DNA of 64,000 bases from Acidobacteriota bacterium (GTDB lineage Bacteria; Acidobacteriota; Vicinamibacteria; Vicinamibacterales; JAKQTR01): NCBI GenBank assembly GCA_029562975.1, contig JAKQTR010000016.1, forward strand, positions 124,765-188,764, read 5' to 3'. Under the pieces are notes generated by a model. The model did no database searches and had not been told where the DNA came from. It was given only the letters and a program-made list of their open reading frames with translations. This document shows, in pieces, positions 36,431-46,558 of the stretch; positions within the stretch are counted from its first letter, which is position 1; each line of letters begins with the position of its first letter. The position numbers were made by a program, and so were the translations under genes.

Positions 36431-37480
36431 ATGCCGTCGTCAGGCTCGCCGCGCCGCCAGCGCCTCTCGCTGGCCGCCGTGATCCTCGGCGCCGCCATCG
36501 TTCCCTTCGGGCTCAGGGCGGTGAACGCGGTGACGCGGCCGCCCGGGGCCGAGCCCAGCTACATCCCGTCGGTGGAGTCCCCGAGGGTCCGCGGGCCGTT
36601 CGACCGTGAGGCGGTCGAGGCCTTGCGGGAGGCCGCAAACGACGTCATCCTCATCGGGGACTCGATGGCCGGGACGCGCATCCACCCCGGCCACCTGTCG
36701 CGCCTGATGGGCGGCCGCGGCGCCGCGGCCCTGTTCCACCCCGGCTCGGGCCCGGCCTACTGGTATCTCACCTTCAAGAACCTCGTGGTGAACGCGGGCC
36801 TGCACCCGCGAACAGCCGTCTTCTTCTTCCGCGACGAGAACCTGACCGACACGCTGTTCCGGGTCTATCCGTCCGCGCTCGATCGGGTCGCGCGCCAGCG
36901 GGAGCCCGTCCTCGACGAACTGCTGGCGGCGCGCGCGAACGGGCGCTACTTCCGGGTCCACCGCATCCTGACGCGCCTGTACGGCCACGACCAGGCCCGG
37001 GCGTGGCTCGAGCCGCTCATCGTCAGGGCGCCGGTCGCCTGGTCGGCCACGCGCCGGGCCCGGAAGCGGCTGCTCGAACGGATCAACAACGAGGTGTTCA
37101 CGCTCGACGCGCTCCGGCCGATGGCGGCGGCGGACATGGCATCGGCGAGCGGAGAGGCGCTCGACTTCCGGCGGAACCTGCCGACGTCGGTCCTCCCTGA
37201 GATCCTCCGGCTGTCGCACTCGTCGGGAATCCGCGTCGCGTTCGTCCGCGTGCAGCGGCGGCCGGGCCCGGACGGCCCGCCCCCTCAGTCGGCGGCGCTG
37301 CGGGCGTACGTGGGCGCGCTGCGGGCGTATCTCGAGGAGAACGGCGCGCTGTTCCACGACGACTGGGGCGATCCGGACCAGCCGCTGTCGATCTACGAGG
37401 ACGGCGACCACATCGCGCGGGAGTACCGGCTGCACTGCACGGAGCTGTTCTTCAGGAAGAACCCGGAGGTCTTCCGGTGA
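36431..37480 (+). CDS. Membrane-anchored SGNH/GDSL-like protein, probable partner of the MBOAT acyltransferase
   Basis: N-terminal TM (LSLAAVILGAAIVPF). GDS block VILIGDSMAG and distal D-x-x-H-like YEDGDHIA. Stop overlaps the MBOAT start (GTGA). The track ORF 35876.. is over-extended. Family assignment is tentative. Confidence 0.55.
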   Translation: MPSSGSPRRQRLSLAAVILGAAIVPFGLRAVNAVTRPPGAEPSYIPSVESPRVRGPFDREAVEALREAANDVILIGDSMAGTRIHPGHLSRLMGGRGAAALFHPGSGPAYWYLTFKNLVVNAGLHPRTAVFFFRDENLTDTLFRVYPSALDRVARQREPVLDELLAARANGRYFRVHRILTRLYGHDQARAWLEPLIVRAPVAWSATRRARKRLLERINNEVFTLDALRPMAAADMASASGEALDFRRNLPTSVLPEILRLSHSSGIRVAFVRVQRRPGPDGPPPQSAALRAYVGALRAYLEENGALFHDDWGDPDQPLSIYEDGDHIAREYRLHCTELFFRKNPEVFR

Positions 37481-38949
37481 TCTTCCACAGCCTCGACTTC
37501 GCGATCTTCTTCGTCCTCGTGGTGCCGCTCTACTGGACGCTGCCGCACCGCGGGCAGAACCTGCTGCTGCTCGCCGCGAGCGCCGTCTTCTACGGCTGGA
37601 TCCACCCGTGGCTCCTGTCGCTGGTGGCGACAGTGGCGCTTGTCACCTATGCCTCCGGGCTCGGCATGGAGATCTGGCCGTCGCGCCGCAAGACGTTCCT
37701 GTGGTTCGGCGTCTTCGTCACCTTCGGCGTCCTGGGGGCCTTCAAGTACTTCGGGTTCTTCGCCGAGAACGTCGCGGCGGCGCTCTCGCTCGCGGGTCTC
37801 CGCGTCCCGCGCCCCGCCTTGAGCCTCGTCCTGCCGGCCGGGATCTCCTTCTACACGTTCCAGGCCGTCACATATCCCATCGACGTGTACTTCGGGCGGA
37901 TGCGCGCGCGGCGCAGCCTGGTGGACGTGGCCGCGTTCGTGTCATTCTTCCCCAGCCTGCTGGCCGGTCCGATCATGCGGGCATCGACCCTGCTGCCGCA
38001 GATCGAGGGCGTGCGCCGGTTTTCCGCGGCCGCGGCCCGAGACGCCACCCTGCTGCTCGCCTGGGGGCTGTTCAAGAAGCTCGTCATCGCCGACAACGTC
38101 GGCGTCATCGCGAACAAGGTCTTCGCGCTGCGGGAGCCGGAGTTCCACGTCCTGTGGGCCGGCGTGTTCGCCTTCGCCGTCCAGATCTACGCGGACTTCT
38201 CGTCCTACGCCGACATCGCGCGCGCGGTGGCCAGGTGGCTGGGCATCGACCTCGTCAGGAACTTCGATCATCCGTATCTGGCGGCGTCCCCGGCGGAGTT
38301 CTGGCAGCGCTGGCACATCTCGCTCTCCACCTGGTTCCGCGATTACGTGTTCCTGCCCGTCGCGTACCGGATCTCCGGCCGGCTCACGGCCGAGAAGCGC
38401 TTCGGCCTCGACGCGGCGACGCGGGCTTACGCGGGCGGCATCATGGTCACGATGCTCGCAGCGGGGCTCTGGCACGGCGCCGGCTGGAACTACGTCCTCT
38501 GGGGCGGCTACCACGGCGTGCTGCTGGCCCTCGCGAGGCTGCTGGCGCCGCGCCGCGGGCGCCGCCGCCGCGCCCGGCGCTGGCTCCGGCCCGCCCGCGC
38601 CGCCGGGATGTTCGCGCTGACGGCCATCGGGTGGCTGTTCTTCCGTGAGACCGACGGCTCGATGATCCTGCGCGACCTGGCGCTGTCCCCGTTCCAGGCC
38701 AGCGCGCTCGGCCGGCAGACCGGGGCCTACCTGTTCTTCCTGGCCGGGCTCTACTCGATTCCCCTGTGGATCGACAGCCTCTGGTCGAAGCTGGGCGGAC
38801 CGAGCCTGACGGCGGCGATGGCGCGCGAGGACGCGCGGCTCGACGGCCGCCTCGTCGCGGCGCAGGCGCTGCTCGCCGGCACGCTGGTGGCCGGCGCCCT
38901 CACGCTGCACGCCACGACCTCGCTCGACTTCATCTACTTCAGGTTCTGA
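37477..38949 (+). CDS. MBOAT-family membrane O-acyltransferase (AlgI/DltB/PatA-like)
   Basis: MIFHSLDFAIFF N-terminus and signature FWQRWHISLSTWFRDYVFLP with the invariant His. Later GLWHGAGWNYVLWGGYHG. Confidence 0.88.
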   Translation: MIFHSLDFAIFFVLVVPLYWTLPHRGQNLLLLAASAVFYGWIHPWLLSLVATVALVTYASGLGMEIWPSRRKTFLWFGVFVTFGVLGAFKYFGFFAENVAAALSLAGLRVPRPALSLVLPAGISFYTFQAVTYPIDVYFGRMRARRSLVDVAAFVSFFPSLLAGPIMRASTLLPQIEGVRRFSAAAARDATLLLAWGLFKKLVIADNVGVIANKVFALREPEFHVLWAGVFAFAVQIYADFSSYADIARAVARWLGIDLVRNFDHPYLAASPAEFWQRWHISLSTWFRDYVFLPVAYRISGRLTAEKRFGLDAATRAYAGGIMVTMLAAGLWHGAGWNYVLWGGYHGVLLALARLLAPRRGRRRRARRWLRPARAAGMFALTAIGWLFFRETDGSMILRDLALSPFQASALGRQTGAYLFFLAGLYSIPLWIDSLWSKLGGPSLTAAMAREDARLDGRLVAAQALLAGTLVAGALTLHATTSLDFIYFRF

Positions 38950-38954
38950 TTGGA

Positions 38955-38974
38955 GCGGCGCCCGGGGGCGCCGC
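38955..38974. terminator. 8-bp GC hairpin 6 nt after MBOAT stop
   Basis: GCGGCGCC-cggg-GGCGCCGC (38955-38974). No U-tract. Lies between convergent genes. Confidence 0.35.
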
Positions 38975-39068
38975 AGCCGATCGGGCGCGCGCGTCGGTGG
39001 GAGGAGCCGGTCCGACAAGGCCGCCGCGAGGACGAGGGCCGCGGCCGACGGCGGGAGGACGGCGCTCC

Positions 39069-40349
39069 TCACGCCTCGTCGACGTCCACGAGCGGCGCAC
39101 CGCCTTCGACCATGACGCCTGGCGCCACGTGAATGCGGCCGACGCGCCCCGCGCGCGGCGCGCGGACGGGGTTCTCCATCTTCATCGCGTCGAGGACCAG
39201 GAGCGTCTGCCCCGGGGCGACGCACTCGCCAGACCGCACGGCCACCGACACGACCAGGCCGGGCATGGCCGCGCACACCGCGTTGCGGCGCGCGCACTCC
39301 GGGATGCTGTGAGCGCCGTCAACGGCGTCCGCCAGGCCGACGTACGCATCGGCGACGAGCGAACCGGCGCTGTCCTCCTCGTAGACCTCCTCGTCGGCAG
39401 CGCCGCCTGGCGCGGCGGGGCCGATCGCATCCAGCGCCTCGAACGCCGCTCGCAGCAGCGCGTGCGCCTCTTCAACGCCGACGCGCGAGAACCGCACACG
39501 GTCGCCGGGGGCCGTCTGCGCCAGCCTCGGCAGGTCGGCCGTGGCGACGGTGGCGATCTTCGGATACCCGCCGGTCGTGCCGCCGTCGGCCATCAACACA
39601 ATCGGCAGGCCGTCTCCAGCGACTTGAACCGATCCGAACACCGTCCCGTCGGACACGATGTCGGCCGGCCCCCGATGCGCGATGGGAGGGCCCAGAAACC
39701 GGCAGCCGGTGCGATCCGACTGCAGCGCCAGCGTGTAGGTCCCGCCGAGGAAAGCGCCGATGCCCTCATCGGTGAACGCATCGTCCTGAGGCCCCAGGAC
39801 GACGCGGATCGCGGGCGCGTGGCCGTAGGTCGGGATCGCCCGACGCGGGAGCCTCCGCACGAGGCCGTCCGGCTGGGCGGCCGAACAGAGTGGCAGGCAG
39901 TCGCCAGCGCGCAGCGGACGGCCGTCGAGGCCTCCGAGGCCCGCCCTGAGGAACGTCGAACGGCTCCCGAGGACCGCGGGGACATCGAAGCCCCCGGCCA
40001 CGGCGAGGTACCCGCGCAGGCCGTCGCGGGCTCCGGTGAAGGTGAGCACGGCCCCGGCCGCAACGCTGAAGGAGCGCCAGGGCGCGACCGGATGGCCATC
40101 CAACATGGCGCCCAGGTCCGCGCCGGAGAGCGCCGCCACTGAGGGCTGCTCGAAGCGCAGGACCGGCCCGACGAAGGTCATCTCCAGGGCGGCCGCGGCG
40201 TCGGCGTTGCCCGCGAGACGATTCGCGGCCCGAAGCGACCACCGGTCCAGAGCGCCCGAGAGCGGCACGCCCCAGCGACGCGCCCCCGTCCGCCCGAGGT
40301 CCTGGACGGTCGTGAGCATGCCGCCGGCGAGCACGGAGACGCCGCTCAT
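39069..40349 (-). CDS. pxpC: 5-oxoprolinase subunit C (KipA/AHS2 family) fused to a C-terminal biotinyl/lipoyl carrier domain
   Basis: N-terminus LTTVQDLGRTG...GVPLSGALD and GGYPKIATV motifs of PxpC/KipA. After an acidic linker, ...GQTLLVLDAMKMENPVRAPRAGRV carries the AMKM biotinylation motif. ATG 40349 overlaps the pxpB stop (ATGA). Confidence 0.85.
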   Translation of the reverse strand: MSGVSVLAGGMLTTVQDLGRTGARRWGVPLSGALDRWSLRAANRLAGNADAAAALEMTFVGPVLRFEQPSVAALSGADLGAMLDGHPVAPWRSFSVAAGAVLTFTGARDGLRGYLAVAGGFDVPAVLGSRSTFLRAGLGGLDGRPLRAGDCLPLCSAAQPDGLVRRLPRRAIPTYGHAPAIRVVLGPQDDAFTDEGIGAFLGGTYTLALQSDRTGCRFLGPPIAHRGPADIVSDGTVFGSVQVAGDGLPIVLMADGGTTGGYPKIATVATADLPRLAQTAPGDRVRFSRVGVEEAHALLRAAFEALDAIGPAAPGGAADEEVYEEDSAGSLVADAYVGLADAVDGAHSIPECARRNAVCAAMPGLVVSVAVRSGECVAPGQTLLVLDAMKMENPVRAPRAGRVGRIHVAPGVMVEGGAPLVDVDEA

Positions 40350-41083
40350 GCCGCCCCGTTCCCGACGGCCTCCGCGCGCCGCCATGCGCCCGCGCGGACC
40401 CGGCGTGCGATCGCGTCGAACTCGCCGCTCGCGATCGCCACGAAGCGGACTCGATCGCCCGCGTCGATGAGGGCAGCCGGCGTCTGCCGCGCGTCGAACA
40501 AAGGAATGGGCGTCCGGCCGACGATGCGCCAGCCGCCGGGGCCGTCGGCCGGATAGACGCCCGTCTGCTCGCCGGCGATGCCGACCGAGCCGCCGGGCAC
40601 GAGCGTGCGCGGCGTGGCGAGGCGCGGCGCGGCGAGGCGCGGCGGCAGGCCGCCGAGATACGGGAACCCGGGCATGAAGCCCAGCATGAAGACGCGGTAC
40701 CTGCCGGCGGCGTGCATGGCGGCGACCGCGTCCTCGGTCAGGCCCGCGAATGCGGCGACATCGGCGAGGTCGGGCCCGAAGGCGCCGCCGTACGCCACCG
40801 GGATCGTGATCGTCCGCGCGCTCTCGGCGGCGCCCTCGCCCGCCGCGCCGTCAGCCTCGCGCACCGAGCGCTCGAGCGCCTCGCGCGTGATCGCCAGCGG
40901 GTCGTAGTGCACCAGCAGCGAACAGTAGGCCGGCACCGTCTCCAGGATGCCGCCGCGCGGCGCCTCGCGGAGCGCCGCGTCGAGCCGCCGCACGCGCGCG
41001 TTGGCGGCCGCGTCGATGCCGCGCCCGTACTCGACGACGATGGCGCTGTCTCCGGCGTCGAGGATGCGCGGCAGGGCGGGCAC
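40346..41083 (-). CDS. pxpB: 5-oxoprolinase subunit B (KipI/AHS1 family)
   Basis: LDAGDSAIVVEYG, VPAYCSLLVHYDP, GFMPGFPYLGGLPPRLAAPRLATPR, GSVGIAGEQTGVYP. Confidence 0.88.
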   Translation of the reverse strand: MPALPRILDAGDSAIVVEYGRGIDAAANARVRRLDAALREAPRGGILETVPAYCSLLVHYDPLAITREALERSVREADGAAGEGAAESARTITIPVAYGGAFGPDLADVAAFAGLTEDAVAAMHAAGRYRVFMLGFMPGFPYLGGLPPRLAAPRLATPRTLVPGGSVGIAGEQTGVYPADGPGGWRIVGRTPIPLFDARQTPAALIDAGDRVRFVAIASGEFDAIARRVRAGAWRRAEAVGNGAA

Positions 41084-41086
41084 GGG

Positions 41087-41872
41087 TCAGCCCGCCAGCC
41101 ACCGGCCGAGCGGCGCCACGTCCACGCCGGCACGGTCCAAGGCGTTCTTCAGGGCCGCCGCGAGGGCCGGCGCGCCGGGTGTGTCCCCGTGCAGACCGAT
41201 GGTGTCGGCGTGCACCTCGACGTCCTCACCGGTGATGGCCGCCACCCGATGCTCGATGACGAGCCGCAGGCTTCGCTCGACCACCTCCTGCGCGTCGGTC
41301 AGGACGGAGCCGGGCCTGCCGCGGGGCACGAGTCCGCCCCGGGCGTCGACCGCGCGGTCCGCGAAAGCCTCGCGCGCGACGCGCAGGCCCCGTTCCCTGG
41401 ACCACCGCTCCCACGGAGAGCCGGCGAGCACGACGAGGATGAGCCTCTGATCCACGGCCTGAATCGCATCGGCGACAGCCCCCGCCACGTCCGCGCGGCG
41501 GACGGCCATGGCGTACAGCGCGCCGTGCGGTTTCACGTGCTGCAGCCGCTTGCCCGCCGTGAAGGCCGTCAGCGCGCCGATCTGGTAGACCAGGTCGTCA
41601 CGGATCTCGGCGGGGGTCGCGTCGAGCGTCCTCCGGCCGAAGCCCCGCAGGTCGGGAAGCCCCGGGTGAGCGCCGACGGCCACGCCGTGCGCCTCGGCCA
41701 GCGCCACGGTCGTCCGCATCCACCCGGGATCCCCCGCGTGGAACCCGCACGCAATGTTCGCCGAGGTGACGCAGCCGATCAGATCACGATCGTTGCCGGG
41801 GGCGTACGCGCCGAAGCCTTCGCCCATGTCGCAGTTCAAATCGACGCGCACGGGCGAGCCTGGAACCGGCAT
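41087..41872 (-). CDS. pxpA: 5-oxoprolinase subunit A (LamB/YcsF family)
   Basis: VDLNCDMGEGFG, ANIACGFHAGDP, GAHPGLPDLRGFGRR. Confidence 0.9.
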   Translation of the reverse strand: MPVPGSPVRVDLNCDMGEGFGAYAPGNDRDLIGCVTSANIACGFHAGDPGWMRTTVALAEAHGVAVGAHPGLPDLRGFGRRTLDATPAEIRDDLVYQIGALTAFTAGKRLQHVKPHGALYAMAVRRADVAGAVADAIQAVDQRLILVVLAGSPWERWSRERGLRVAREAFADRAVDARGGLVPRGRPGSVLTDAQEVVERSLRLVIEHRVAAITGEDVEVHADTIGLHGDTPGAPALAAALKNALDRAGVDVAPLGRWLAG

Positions 41873-41880
41873 CGGGCCAC

Positions 41881-41909
41881 AGGCTAGTGGCGCACAGGCA
41901 CGATGTCAA
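41881..41909 (-). promoter_or_regulatory. Candidate promoter of pxpABC (-35 TTGACA, 17 nt, -10 TAGCCT), 8 nt upstream of the pxpA ATG
   Basis: On the minus strand, TTGACA is 41909-41904 and TAGCCT is 41886-41881, with the ATG at 41872. No SD between. A hairpin CGCGGC-ttcc-GCCGCG lies just upstream, after the MgtC-like gene. Confidence 0.45.
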
Positions 41910-41957
41910 GGAACCGGCGCGGCTTCCGCCGCGAACCGGACGGCGGGAAGCGCGCCG

Positions 41958-43214
41958 CTAGAGGCGGCCCCAGCTCAGGGCGATCGCCGACGCCGCCGCC
42001 ATCGCCGCCAGCCCCGCGCCGGCCACGATCCGGAACGAGCCGCGTCCAAGTCCGGCTGCCAGCGCGAGCTTGAAGAGCGTGTTCGAGAGGATGCCCACCG
42101 CAATCGCCACGGCGGGGGTCGCCGCGGACCCGTGGGCCGCCGCGGTCTTCGCCATCGAGATCATCAGCGCGTCGACGTTGGCGAGGCCGAGCACGGCGCC
42201 CGACACGACGAGCCCGAGGTCGCCCCACACCGCGCGCACGCCGGCCACGAGAAACAGCACCGCCTGGAAGAGCACCGCCATCTGGAGGGCGGCGCGGAAC
42301 TCCAGCGGGTTGCGGAGCGTCTGGACCTCGACGCGCTCCTGCCAGGGCCGCCGGAGCCCCAGGAGTACGACGGCGACACCCACCAGGAACGGCGCCGCCA
42401 GGAGCGGCACCAGCGCGGCCGCCAGCGGCAGGAACAGCACGGCGGTCGCCACCATCACGCGCACGAACGACATCGTGCAGGCGGCAACCACCCCGTATGC
42501 GAGGGGCCGGCCGACGCTCTGGTCCTCGCGGCGGCTCGCGCGCGAGAACGCCAGCGTCACGCCCGTCGAGGCGACGATCCCGCCGAGGAGGCCGGCGATC
42601 AGGTAGCCGTGCCTGGCGCCGACGAACAGGCGCGCCAGGTAACCGGCGAAGCTGATGCCCGAGAAGAAGAGGACGAACAGCCAGAGTTCGCGCGGCTTCA
42701 CGCCGCCGAGAGGCCCGTACGGCCCGGCCGGCAGCAGCGGCATCAGCACGACCGCCATCACGGCGAAGCGGATGCCGGCCCGGACGGCCGTCTCGTCGAG
42801 CCTCGCGACGGTGGCGTGCACGCGGGACTTCTCGATGAGCAGCAGGGCCGTGACGGCGATTACCGCGCTCGAGAGGGCCAGGTGCCCCACGCCCGCCACG
42901 ACGCCGGCCGCGATGGTGACGAGCGCGGCGACTTCCGTGGTGCCGTCGGGATCGCGCGGGGCGGCGGCGAAGTACGCCGCGACGACGAGGCCCGCCGCCC
43001 CGGCCAGGATGACGGCCGAGAGGGCCGCCGAGCCGGAAGCCCAGAGCCAGCCGCACACCCCGGCAAGGCCGCCGAGCAGCGTGAAGGTCCGCACGCCGGC
43101 AAAGCGCGCCGTCGGTCCGCTGGCGTGGCCCGACCGCTCCCGCTCGACGCCGATCGCGGCGCCGCCCAGGGTGGCGATCAGGATGCCCAGGATGCCGAAC
43201 TCCGAGTCAGCCAT
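41958..43214 (-). CDS. MgtC/SapB-family membrane protein with DUF4010-type C-terminal domain
   Basis: N-terminus ILGILIATLGGAAIGVERERSG (MgtC motif), followed by about 8 more TMs. ATG 43214; the track ORF 41958..44141 is over-extended. Confidence 0.75.
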   Translation of the reverse strand: MADSEFGILGILIATLGGAAIGVERERSGHASGPTARFAGVRTFTLLGGLAGVCGWLWASGSAALSAVILAGAAGLVVAAYFAAAPRDPDGTTEVAALVTIAAGVVAGVGHLALSSAVIAVTALLLIEKSRVHATVARLDETAVRAGIRFAVMAVVLMPLLPAGPYGPLGGVKPRELWLFVLFFSGISFAGYLARLFVGARHGYLIAGLLGGIVASTGVTLAFSRASRREDQSVGRPLAYGVVAACTMSFVRVMVATAVLFLPLAAALVPLLAAPFLVGVAVVLLGLRRPWQERVEVQTLRNPLEFRAALQMAVLFQAVLFLVAGVRAVWGDLGLVVSGAVLGLANVDALMISMAKTAAAHGSAATPAVAIAVGILSNTLFKLALAAGLGRGSFRIVAGAGLAAMAAASAIALSWGRL

Positions 43215-43240
43215 GGAATGTCCGCGGGCGGCCGGCCCCG

Positions 43241-44224
43241 TCAGGCCCGGGGCCGCGACCGCCGTTCGAGGTTCGCCGCCAGCACCGCCCAGAGCGCGTG
43301 CGCCAGCCGCGATCGGTCGTGGCGCGCGATGTCCGACTTCCAGAACCGGCCGCTGACGAGCATGCACGAGTCGGGCAGCGTGCCCAGCTCGAGCGGGCGC
43401 TTGTCCTCCGCGTGGTAGCGCGCCAGCACTTCGGCTGACGGCCGGGATTCGTTGAAGACCACGGCGGTGACCGGCCGGCCGGCGGCCTCGCCGATGCGCC
43501 GCACCGCATCGGCGGCCGTGAACCCGTCCATGCCGCGCCCCTCGGTCAGGAGGTTCGCGATGAGGATGAGCGGCCCGCGCACCTGGGCAACCGCTGCGGC
43601 CACGCCCTCCACGGCGAAGACCGGCATCAGGCTCGTGAAGAAGCTCCCCGGACCGACAATGACGGCTTCGAGCCCGGCGATCGCGGCGGCCACCTCGGGA
43701 TGGATCCGAACCGGCGGCTCGAGCCAGATGCGTTCGATGGCGTGGCCGGAGCCCAGACGCGCGTCCACGGAGACCTCGCCCCTGGCGTCCGACCCATCGG
43801 TGTACCGCGCGCACAGGCTCGCCTGCTCGATGCTGACCGGCCAGACGCGCCCCCGGCAGCCCAGGAGGGCGCGGAGCCCCTCGACGCCGGCCAGGAAGCT
43901 CCCGCTGTACTGCTCCATCATCGACAGCAGGAGGTTGCCGCCCGTGTGGCCGCCCAGGCGCGAGTCCTCGAAGACCGGCACGCGCGACAGCAGGACGCGC
44001 CGCGCCTCCCGCTCGTTGCGCGCCAGCGCCAGCGCGCACTTCAGCACGTCGCCTGGCGGCAGAACGCCCAACTCGTCGCGCAGCTGCCCCGAACTGCCGC
44101 CGCTGTCGAACATCGTCACGACGGCGTTGAGATCGAGCCACGGGTTCCGCTTGAGGCCGCCGAGGACGCTGGAGAGCCCCGTGCCGCCCCCGAAGCAGCC
44201 GACCTTCATGACCCGCAGGTACAT
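43241..44224 (-). CDS. YvcK/CofD-family protein (UPF0052, gluconeogenesis-factor-like)
   Basis: [41 protein letters not shown] and [11 protein letters not shown] motifs. ATG 44224 (alternative ATG 44209). Confidence 0.82.
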   Translation of the reverse strand: MYLRVMKVGCFGGGTGLSSVLGGLKRNPWLDLNAVVTMFDSGGSSGQLRDELGVLPPGDVLKCALALARNEREARRVLLSRVPVFEDSRLGGHTGGNLLLSMMEQYSGSFLAGVEGLRALLGCRGRVWPVSIEQASLCARYTDGSDARGEVSVDARLGSGHAIERIWLEPPVRIHPEVAAAIAGLEAVIVGPGSFFTSLMPVFAVEGVAAAVAQVRGPLILIANLLTEGRGMDGFTAADAVRRIGEAAGRPVTAVVFNESRPSAEVLARYHAEDKRPLELGTLPDSCMLVSGRFWKSDIARHDRSRLAHALWAVLAANLERRSRPRA

Positions 44225-44230
44225 ACGGGG

Positions 44231-44239
44231 ATTCTATCA
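44231..44239 (-). promoter_or_regulatory. Extended -10 TGaTAGAAT, 6 nt upstream of the yvcK-like ATG (leaderless-type)
   Basis: Plus-strand attcta at 44231-44236 and ca at 44238-44239 are the reverse complement of TGaTAGAAT. ATG at 44224. Confidence 0.4.
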
Positions 44240-44332
44240 GCGCCGCCGCCCGGCGGCTCGGACCGCTGCCGCACCCGCCTCCGCGCCGGTTCGACCGGGG
44301 CGGATCGTTCGGCGCCAGAGCCGCCGACCGCG

Positions 44333-44338
44333 TACAAT
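44333..44338 (+). promoter_or_regulatory. -10 element TACAAT, 6 nt upstream of glgX ATG (leaderless-type)
   Basis: TACAAT at 44333-44338, ATG at 44345. No SD and no convincing -35. Confidence 0.4.
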
Positions 44339-44344
44339 GCGGGC

Positions 44345-46465
<2,121 letters not shown>

Positions 46466-46558
46466 CCGCAAGGCCGCTCAGGCGGCCCCGGCCCGGGAGA
46501 TCTCGAGACGATGCCGCGGCGGCAAGATAGAATTGACGGTCCTCAGCGGAGACTCGAC

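Noticed and set aside
40616-40644. 15-bp-period tandem direct repeat (GGCGAGGCGCGGCG twice) inside pxpB.
   Set aside because: It encodes the PRLAxPRLAxPR motif, which is a normal conserved feature of KipI/PxpB proteins. It is not a micro-satellite or recombination scar.
46511-46558. N-terminal extensions of many track ORFs, for example ATG 46511 of the large membrane protein, 925..2973, 2127..3716, 16268..19174, 35876..37480, 41958..44141 and 43700..46465.
   Set aside because: The extensions have low third-position GC or run through upstream genes and promoters. Internal starts have SD motifs or stop/start overlaps and match expected family N-termini.
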